Shown here piece after piece: positions 1-6,199 of a stretch of DNA of 64,000 nt. The DNA comes from a virus (taxonomy: Duplodnaviria > Caudoviricetes): IMG/VR virus record IMGVR_UViG_3300023218_000062; one strand, 5' to 3'. The notes under the pieces were generated by a model. That model ran no database searches and was not told the origin of the DNA. It worked only from the letters and a program-made list of their open reading frames with translations. A program made the translations under genes and the position numbers. Every line of letters starts with the position of its first letter. Position 1 is the stretch's first letter.

Positions 1-171
1 CTCTACTAAAAAATTTGCAGAGTCATACGCTGGGATTATTATTGAATATCCTTCATTTTTTTTAACATTTATTGTTTTGTTTTTTTGGAGTTTTTTTCTA
101 GCTCTGGCAAGAACTCGAGCGGAAGTAGTTGTCGCACCGCGTTTTTTCATTGTATCATAATATAAGTATAA

Positions 172-891
172 TTAATAGTGTATATATTTATGTTTTCCTT
201 TTAAGTTAAAATAATTATTAAAAGGTCTTCTACTACTAGTAGACGAAGCTATATTCGGCTTACATATTTTAATATTAATAAGTTCCGCTTGTTTCCATAT
301 ACTATAATTCAACGACATTTGATCTCTTTTACTAGGAAGACTCATATAATCATGATACCATTGAGAGAAAAAATTTAAACATTTTTCACTTTTTCTTGAT
401 ATTACTAAAACTCCACTTTCACATAATCCATTATTTATAGGATACCCATTAGCTTTTAATATATCTACATGCTTTTTTATGTTTTCAGGCTTGTCTTTTT
501 TGAGTTTTATTACTTCTTCTGCTTCTTTGTATACACAATCCCTATCAGGGTGTTGTCCTATCATCAAGTCAATTTTAAATGGATCGAATTTAAATTCGTC
601 TAAGAACATATTTAAGTTATTATACACTTCCATGTTCCCATCAATGAATATACATATGTCATATTCATTTGATATATATTTGTAGTATTGCATTACAATA
701 GAGTTAGCTCGTCTTTTTTGACATTCTATATGTTTATCCTGATTATCCATCAGAATTACTTTCCAATTCTTAGATGATGTATTTGGCGTATCTGTAATGC
801 ATATATAATCCCAATCCGGTGTAATTACTCTTGGTTCTATGAGTTTATCATAATTCCCTGTAATATAAGTTACTATACATTTCTTATACAT
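172..891 (-). CDS. DUF616/TOD1-MUCI70-like glycosyltransferase-domain protein
   Basis: Motifs VTYITGNYDKL, IFIDGN, HPDRDCVYKEA and RDQMSLNYSIW match my recollection of the DUF616 family. Confidence 0.75.
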   Translation of the reverse strand: MYKKCIVTYITGNYDKLIEPRVITPDWDYICITDTPNTSSKNWKVILMDNQDKHIECQKRRANSIVMQYYKYISNEYDICIFIDGNMEVYNNLNMFLDEFKFDPFKIDLMIGQHPDRDCVYKEAEEVIKLKKDKPENIKKHVDILKANGYPINNGLCESGVLVISRKSEKCLNFFSQWYHDYMSLPSKRDQMSLNYSIWKQAELINIKICKPNIASSTSSRRPFNNYFNLKGKHKYIHY

Positions 892-900
892 AGAAAGAGT

Positions 901-1101
901 TTATCCCCTCTCTGAAGGAAGGGGCCCTTGCTTTTTTAATAAAGAAGAATTTAACTGTTCTTCCATTTTTTCTATTTCTTCTAAAGATAAACCACAACAT
1001 GTAGCCGCACCTGTTTTTGATATAACTTCTATGAGTCCGCCGTTTTTAAGATGCTCTTTTATATCATCTTCCGTAACTGTATTGCAAACACATGTATACA
1101 T
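901..1101 (-). CDS. Bfd-like (2Fe-2S) ferredoxin domain protein
   Basis: MYTCVCNTVTE...TGAATCCGLS resembles Fer2_BFD (CxC...CxxC); the fourth canonical Cys appears to be Ser. Confidence 0.75.
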   Translation of the reverse strand: MYTCVCNTVTEDDIKEHLKNGGLIEVISKTGAATCCGLSLEEIEKMEEQLNSSLLKKQGPLPSERG

Positions 1102-1121
1102 GTTTATATTAAAAATTAAAT

Positions 1122-1212
1122 TGGAGGAAAGTGGAGGAATCGAACCCCTACCGGCTCCTCACCGATACCCCGGATTTCAAGTCCGGTTGCCAACCATTTA
1201 GCGGCACCTTCC
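1122..1212 (-). tRNA. tRNA-Ser(UGA), non-canonical 8/4 fold
   Basis: Anticodon arm CCGGA-CTTGAAA-TCCGG, long variable arm, T-loop TTCGATT, encoded CCA; 8-bp acceptor GGAAGGTG/CACTTTCC and 4-bp T-stem. Confidence 0.9.
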
Positions 1213-1221
1213 AATATGTAT

Positions 1222-1491
1222 TTAACCATCACGCCTATTCCATTTTGCAGCAACTTCTTCGATAGAATCACCATGTATTTCAGCATCACATCCCCCAGCT
1301 AACTCAGGACATCGTATAAGCCAACAAGGATTATCGGTATCGAATCTCTCATTAGCACCTACATATATTCTACCAACTTCTTCGTGTGAGCGCCAAAATG
1401 TTCCACTGGGATATATTGTATCTCCATCTCTCATATCTGGTACTTTACCACAAAACGGACATGATTTTAAGTTGATATCTTCTTTATTCAT
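1222..1491 (-). CDS. Lar-family restriction alleviation protein
   Basis: N-terminal LKSCPFCG, a second C-x7-C pair and C-terminal AAKWNRR. Confidence 0.7.
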   Translation of the reverse strand: MNKEDINLKSCPFCGKVPDMRDGDTIYPSGTFWRSHEEVGRIYVGANERFDTDNPCWLIRCPELAGGCDAEIHGDSIEEVAAKWNRRDG

Positions 1492-1540
1492 TTAATTTAC
1501 CTGTTGTTTATTTTCATATTCGAAAAATACTGCCCGTTGA

Positions 1541-1660
1541 ATGGTTGGCGTCTCCGTAAATAATTGCGCGCTCTAACTGCTTTAACCGCTCGTCACACCC
1601 ACAAGCTTCGGGTCTTGGCCACACCACTAGCCTCAAGGATTCAGGTTTAGCGCACTCTAC
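1541..1660 (-). ncRNA. candidate structured RNA of unknown class
   Basis: GC-rich intergenic island with closing stem GTGCGCT/AGCGCGC, internal stems GGCTA/TGGCC and ACCC/GGGT, ending ...GACGCCAACCA. Confidence 0.35.
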
Positions 1661-1932
1661 TACAATCCTTTTTTCGAAAAAACTGTATATCATTGCAAGT
1701 TTTATTTTTATAGTATTTCTTTTATTTTTAGTATTTCTTTTATTTTATTTAAACCATCTATCATAGATTCATTCTCAACCTCTTTTTTGATTTCATTTAT
1801 AATATTAGTATCTATATCTTCTCTAAATTTATCTGCTATTGACAAAATGGCATCTCCAAAAGACTCTTTCATTGAAATTTGCCTTTATCTAAATATATGA
1901 TATCACCTTAATATGTGAATGTCAATATTATT

Positions 1933-2009
1933 TGGGGTGTGGGACCGGGGTCGAACCGGCAACTGCTGGAGCCACAATCCAGTGCTTTACCTGTTAAGCT
2001 ACCCACACC
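1933..2009 (-). tRNA. tRNA-His(GUG)
   Basis: Anticodon arm CTGGA-TTGTGGC-TCCAG; G-1:C73 pair; encoded CCA. Confidence 0.95.
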
Positions 2010-2068
2010 ATCATTTATACGCTATAACGTATATTTTCATTTTATACGCTATAACGTATATTTAAAAC

Positions 2069-2144
2069 TGGCAGGTGTGCAAGGATTTGAACCCTGACCA
2101 AGAAATTTGGAGTTTCCTATGCTGCCATATTACACCACACACCT
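2069..2144 (-). tRNA. tRNA-Trp(CCA)
   Basis: Acceptor AGGTGTG/CACACCT, loop CTCCAAA, T-loop TTCAAAT, G73, CCA; D-stem has U11-A24. Confidence 0.95.
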
Positions 2145-2154
2145 ACAATTAATA

Positions 2155-2230
2155 TTCTTGGAAAGTTGAAAAGCTGTTTAGTTGAGTAACCGTCAATTGT
2201 CATAGAAGGATGCTTTTCTATGGCCAAGAA
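2155..2230 (-). ncRNA. structured RNA motif, copy A
   Basis: Terminal stem TTCTTGG/CCAAGAA, conserved GGCCATAG...AAGCATCCTTCTAT and inner pairing GAAAAGC/GCTTTTC; related to 3465-3559 and 2355-2510. Confidence 0.6.
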
Positions 2231-2239
2231 ATTTTAAAA

Positions 2240-2316
2240 TGGTTGCGAGGGCGGGACTTGAACCCGCACATAGAAGGTTATGAGCCTCTCAATCTACCAG
2301 TTGATATTACCTCGCG
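2240..2316 (-). tRNA. tRNA-Met(CAU), initiator-like C1:A72
   Basis: CGCGAGG/CCTCGCA acceptor with C1-A72 mismatch, loop CTCATAA, CCA; only two of the three initiator G-C pairs in the anticodon stem. Confidence 0.9.
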
Positions 2317-2354
2317 TCCGTATAACTATTTATCATTAAATTAAAAAACAGGTA

Positions 2355-2510
2355 ATTTAAACGGAATTTAAAAAGCTTTTTAAATTCCGTTGCTCTACCA
2401 ATTGAGCTACCAGCGAACCAAAATTCATTATTCATAAACTCTTTGGTTCGCTGGGCAGGACTCGAACCTGCAACCCACGGTTGGCATATTATTTTTTATG
2501 GCCGGTAATT
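2355..2510 (-). ncRNA. structured RNA motif, copy B, containing a circularly permuted tRNA domain (2387-2480)
   Basis: Minus-strand order: CCGT-GGGTT-GCAGG TTCGAGT CCTGC-CCAGCGA-A-CCA, a 27-nt spacer, then TCGCTGG-TA-GCTC AATTGGTA GAGC-A-ACGG; the flanks resemble motif copies A and C. Confidence 0.75.
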
Positions 2511-2512
2511 TT

Positions 2513-2520
2513 TATTTATC
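2513..2520 (-). promoter_or_regulatory. T4-like late promoter (GATAAATA) immediately upstream of RNA copy B
   Basis: Same ATAAATA core found 10-45 bp upstream of most structural genes in the window. Confidence 0.45.
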
Positions 2521-2629
2521 TTATCTTATTATGATTCTTTCATGTTGTCAAGTATTTTCTGTTTCTTTCTTGGTAAAATATTTCTTTATTATTGGATTCT
2601 TATCAACAATGTCTTCCATATGAAGCTTC

Positions 2630-2869
2630 CTATTTTGTGATATGTTTTACTGCTCACATCACTGCTTCTTCAATTTTGGTTTTAGCTAGTGATAATTCTC
2701 TAGAGCTACCAACCATATTAATAAGATTATGGAACTCTAAACCGGCATCTTTAATACCCTTCATGAGTTGTTTTTCTTCATCAGAAAGAACTCTGTATTC
2801 ATGACGCATAATATTATTAGTGGTTCTTTCATCTTGCGTAGAATCAATTATTTCATTATCTTTAAACAT
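2630..2869 (-). pseudogene. Acb2/Tad1-family nucleotide-sponge-like gene with in-frame UGA at the conserved Trp
   Basis: SD GAGGA and ATG at 2869; ...RELSLAKTKIEEAVM-[TGA 2654-2656]-AVKHITK-TAG; family motif EEAxMW recalled from Tad1 and T4 Vs.4/Acb2. Confidence 0.7.
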
Positions 2870-2895
2870 TATCTTATCCTCTTGGTTGTAAATGT

Positions 2896-2983
2896 TGGCG
2901 GAAGGGGAGGGGGTCGAACCCTCACCGCTATTACTAACGGGACACCTTTCCAAGGTGCTTGATACACCAGTTTCCGCCCTTCC
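2896..2983 (-). tRNA. tRNA-Ser(GGA)
   Basis: Anticodon arm GCACC-TTGGAAA-GGTGT, long variable arm, G73, CCA; compact D-arm with TGGT loop. Confidence 0.9.
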
Positions 2984-3187
2984 TTTATTAACTCATTCAA
3001 TATCAGCATTTGTAATATTTTTTAATTCCGGTACAGCATATTCACATTCATCTTTTAATGCTACTATTGTAGCAGCATCGATGTTGTCTTGGCATAGTCT
3101 ACAGTGAATGGCAGCGATACTTGCTTTCAATTTTTTATTTTCTTTAACAGAATCTGACATGTTTATTCCTATAGAGAATTTATATGT

Positions 3188-3216
3188 ATAATATAATATT
3201 TACGTTGGTTTGTCAA
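3188..3216 (-). promoter_or_regulatory. sigma70-type promoter
   Basis: TTGACA-17 bp-TATTAT. Confidence 0.55.
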
Positions 3217-3222
3217 GTTATT

Positions 3223-3295
3223 TGGCGCTCCGAGTAGGACTCAAACCTACAAGGCGGGACTTAGGAGGTTCTGCTGCGCTTCTGTCGCCCGGAGC
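3223..3295 (-). tRNA. degenerate tRNA-Arg(CCU), probable pseudo-tRNA
   Basis: Acceptor GCTCCGG/TCGGAGC and CCA intact, loop CTCCTAA; two mismatches in the anticodon stem, T-loop TTTGAGT, poor D-arm. Confidence 0.6.
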
Positions 3296-3464
3296 CAAAA
3301 TTTTTATTAAAGGTAAGTTTATTGATAGTGACACGGCTACTAATAGTTTTATTGTATACTTTCAGTAGAGGTTTCCTATATAGTTACTTTTTCCTTTCGC
3401 CATTTCATCCTATGTTCTTACACTAACACTTGAAAAAGAGTTAGTCAAGCGTTTTTAAATAATA

Positions 3465-3559
3465 TGACCGGGAATTTGGAAAGCTTTAAGGGCCGATTGA
3501 TAATCGGCTTCTTCAGCAGCTAATAGCTAATAGAAGGATGCTTATCCTATGGCCGGTCA
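3465..3559 (-). ncRNA. structured RNA motif, copy C
   Basis: Terminal stem TGACCGG/CCGGTCA, GGCCATAGGATAAGCATCCTTCTAT, insert hairpin GCCGATT/AATCGGC and GCTTTCC partner. Confidence 0.6.
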
Positions 3560-3577
3560 GTTTTTTTACTTTTAAAT

Positions 3578-3654
3578 TGGTGGGTCTGGAGAATTTCGAA
3601 TCCACGACCCTCTGCTTGCAAGGCAGATGCTCTCCCGGACTGAGCTATACCCCC
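3578..3654 (-). tRNA. chimeric/degenerate tRNA-Ala(UGC)
   Basis: Good D and anticodon arms (TCTGC-CTTGCAA-GCAGA), but the acceptor GGGGGTA/CAGACCC has 3 mismatches and no G3:U70. Confidence 0.65.
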
Positions 3655-4076
3655 GAAAATTTTATAAACCACACTAATACAAAAATTATCGTATAGTGTG
3701 TTAAGTGATGAACAGCCTGATCAAATCCTAATGCCATCCAAAATCTTCTATCTTCTATCGTAAAACGCCCCAACATATGTGGTGACGCTTTTATTCTATC
3801 CATTGTAAAATGAATTATTGTATCAAACCAAAACAATATTAATATTAGCCCTAATCCTTTAAATGAAAGAACCCCACTTAATTGTAATACCAACACTGAT
3901 ATAACTATTGTAAAAAATCCATGATCGCTTGCATGCTTTAACAACGGTACAAACCATCCAATTTCGTTGAATTTATCCATTCCATCTTTTCTATATGATT
4001 GAACCACATAGTCAACTATAAAATGCTTAAACTGAAAAATTAATAGTAGAACAAATATTAATATTATTGTATTCAT
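3645..4076 (-). CDS. DUF3307-family membrane protein
   Basis: KHFIVDYVVQ, LLKHASDHG, IIHFTMDRIK and LGFDQAVHH motifs; hydrophobic segments. Confidence 0.75.
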   Translation of the reverse strand: MNTIILIFVLLLIFQFKHFIVDYVVQSYRKDGMDKFNEIGWFVPLLKHASDHGFFTIVISVLVLQLSGVLSFKGLGLILILFWFDTIIHFTMDRIKASPHMLGRFTIEDRRFWMALGFDQAVHHLTHYTIIFVLVWFIKFSGV

Positions 4077-4381
4077 AACACCTCCTTACTTTTTCTGATG
4101 GACTTCTTCATGGTAACATTTTCATATTTCATTATAGTTTGAGATTCTTCAATAACATGAACCTGTTTGCTTATACCAAAAACCTCTGACATATCGACAA
4201 TAGATGTTGTATCCCACATCGTAATATTATCAATATTATCAATATTATCAATAGTACTTGTATCCCACATCGTAATATTATCAATATTATCAATATTATC
4301 AATATTATCAATATTATCAATATTATCAATAGTACTTATGTCAAATACAGGTTCTTCTACTATTTCGTCAGACTTATTCAT
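4073..4381 (-). CDS. small protein with IDN tandem repeat and DUF285-like WDTS..DMS.VF remnant
   Basis: ORF track; repeats visible in protein and DNA. Confidence 0.5.
   Translation of the reverse strand: MNKSDEIVEEPVFDISTIDNIDNIDNIDNIDNIDNITMWDTSTIDNIDNIDNITMWDTTSIVDMSEVFGISKQVHVIEESQTIMKYENVTMKKSIRKSKEVL
4205..4338. repeat. nested VNTR: 9-bp (ATATTATCA)n inside a duplicated larger unit
   Basis: Two copies of TATCCCACATCGTAAT-(ATTATCAAT)n-AGTACTT with different numbers of 9-mers. Confidence 0.9.
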
Positions 4382-4726
4382 TTTTTATTTTTAAATCACA
4401 TCTTTATAGGCTGGCAGAGGAACTAGTTTACCATTTTCGATAGTAAATTTCAAGTCTATATATTCTCCGTCTTCATCTGAAGGACCAGTGCGATATGCTC
4501 TGTCACTGAACGCAGTATATACAATATTATCGCCTTCTCTATCCTTTCCTCTCACTATAAATACGGGTGGGATAGAATGATTGGTAATAGTGACACCAAT
4601 TTTTAATTCTTGTGGTAGACCATGTTGTATATCATACTTCTAATTTTCTGTTAAGATTTTTGCGTCAACTTCATTTTATAACCCTCGTAACTCTATTAAC
4701 TTTCTCAGAGTATTTATCCCAATATG

Positions 4727-5065
4727 TTATTTGTTTTTTTTCCATGGTGGAGTAGTCTCCTTAATCGTAATAGTTATCCCGCTCCAACATCCACAACCCA
4801 AAAATTGATCTATATCGACTTCAGATATTTCATAGTATGTGTCTTCATCATCTTCATTGTGAATGCGAATTGTAGCTGGAACTTGATGTGACATCATATA
4901 TCCCTCTTCATTCCCTTCACGAGTACTACCAATTTCTTTATCTACGTGTTCTAAATATTCTATAAATGTTCTAAGTGTTGGGTGTTTTTGTATCATCATA
5001 TCAACTCCTGAATAGTAATTTGTTGACGCCTTTTTAATTTCCTTATTTCTTAAAATCTCGTCCAT
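4727..5065 (-). CDS. hypothetical protein
   Basis: ORF track; start uncertain because the frame stays open upstream. Confidence 0.45.
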   Translation of the reverse strand: MDEILRNKEIKKASTNYYSGVDMMIQKHPTLRTFIEYLEHVDKEIGSTREGNEEGYMMSHQVPATIRIHNEDDEDTYYEISEVDIDQFLGCGCWSGITITIKETTPPWKKNK

Positions 5066-5108
5066 TATGGAGGGTATCTCTATTATTGCTAATCTAGCGA
5101 CATTAATT

Positions 5109-5181
5109 TGGTTTGTACGACTGGATTTGAGCCAGTGACCCGTCCGAGGCGGGGGACTCTTCCAGACTGAGTTACGTACAG
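5109..5181 (-). tRNA. pseudo-tRNA (Pro/Arg-like, variable region deleted)
   Basis: Acceptor CTGTACG/CGTACAA, D-arm ACTC/GAGT, T-loop CTCAAAT, loop CCTCGGA, 1-nt variable region, CCA. Confidence 0.55.
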
Positions 5182-5188
5182 TTTAATT

Positions 5189-5263
5189 TGGTACCCCCGG
5201 AGAGATTCGAACTCCCACGCTTATGGTTCGTAGCCATATGCTCTTCCATTGAGCTACGGGGGT
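5189..5263 (-). tRNA. tRNA-Arg(ACG)
   Basis: Canonical cloverleaf, TATGG-CTACGAA-CCATA, CCA. Confidence 0.95.
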
Positions 5264-5270
5264 AAATTTC

Positions 5271-5693
5271 TTAATATATTTTTCTCTTTTCTTTTCCACC
5301 ATATAACCCTTTTACACGTTTAGTATCTCTGAGGTATGCGTTGCAATATTTAATTATCATGCGTGCATGTTCTTCATCTACCATGCAACTATTCCAATGA
5401 CCTCTTCGATAATCAACCCCAAATACATATTTAATAGCAACCCATATTCTTTTAAAAAAACCTAGATATGGGGACAATTGCAAATTAAATGTAAGTTCTG
5501 GCAATGGTAGAAATTTATCAGGATCATCCATGTCTTCTTTAGTAAAGAGTGCTATACCGTCATCATAATATGACACCATCATTGCATGTTCTGGATTATA
5601 ACATTCACAAGGTACATAAAAACTTTCAAAAAAATCTCGTGGGGTAGTATACAGTTTAACATTGTCTACATTTTCATTCTTTTCACCATTCAT
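5271..5693 (-). CDS. hypothetical phage protein
   Basis: ORF track; FFKRIWVAIKYVFG...GHWNS motif resembles small phage hypotheticals. Confidence 0.65.
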   Translation of the reverse strand: MNGEKNENVDNVKLYTTPRDFFESFYVPCECYNPEHAMMVSYYDDGIALFTKEDMDDPDKFLPLPELTFNLQLSPYLGFFKRIWVAIKYVFGVDYRRGHWNSCMVDEEHARMIIKYCNAYLRDTKRVKGLYGGKEKRKIY

Positions 5694-5699
5694 AATCGT

Positions 5700-5996
5700 T
5701 TATATTTTTATTTTGGCATTGAGTTCTTTATTTATATTTAATATGTGAGATAATACTCCAGAATTATATGCTGAAATTCTATTTTCACCATGTTTACTAC
5801 AACGGTAAACGCTTCCACTAAATCCATAAAATAATAAGTCATCTCCATCTTTCTCTATTTTAGAAATGCCGCTGTTCACTCTCCAACTATCATTCCCTAG
5901 AAATCCACCAGACCAGCTACTAAATATAAAATATTCTGTCCCCTTCTTAGATGGTACTTATATTATAACCCAACCATCTGGTATATGCTCATTCAT
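5700..5996 (-). pseudogene. conserved-looking phage hypothetical interrupted by TAA at codon 13
   Basis: MNEHIPDGWVII*VPSKK...SWSGGFLGNDSWRVNSGISKIEKDG...GFSGSVYRC; a 99-codon frame with one internal stop at 5958-5960. Confidence 0.7.
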
Positions 5997-5998
5997 TT

Positions 5999-6199
5999 TT
6001 ATTTTTCATCTCTATTGGCGGCGGTAAGTCCTATAATATAACCAATAACAATTGGCCCCCCAAATGATAATAACATCCCCCATTGGGGTATATCAACTCC
6101 TATTCCGACTGCGAATAATATTATTGATAATATTAGACCTATTATGGCCCCTCCAGCTATTCCTGCTACAATTAAAAATCCTGAAAAAAGTGGTTTCAT
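5999..6199 (-). CDS. small two-TM membrane protein
   Basis: ORF track; two hydrophobic helices. Confidence 0.6.
   Translation of the reverse strand: MKPLFSGFLIVAGIAGGAIIGLILSIILFAVGIGVDIPQWGMLLSFGGPIVIGYIIGLTAANRDEK

Noticed and set aside
1122-1212. tRNA-Sec (selC)
   Set aside because: The fold is Sec-like, but the anticodon loop is CTTGAAA (UGA, Ser), not CTTCAAA (UCA), and the T-stem is 4 bp.
2155-2230. HDV-like theta ribozyme downstream of a tRNA
   Set aside because: The order of pairings is loosely similar, but the space for P3/L3 is too short, P1.1 is not evident and copy B lacks a J4/2 C. Not supported without a model search.
2355-2510. Two-piece (permuted) tmRNA
   Set aside because: No G3:U70, a full canonical D-arm, and no tag ORF or pseudoknot-length coding piece.
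2870-2953. N-terminal extension of ORF 2654-2953
   Set aside because: It runs through tRNA-Ser(GGA); a better SD and ATG lie at 2869.
3465-3559. Hammerhead ribozyme (CTGAAGA followed by a hairpin)
   Set aside because: The required GAAA after stem II is absent, and copies A and B lack CUGANGA.
4205-4338. CRISPR array
   Set aside because: The repeats are contiguous and in-frame with no unique spacers; the same applies to the TP repeats.
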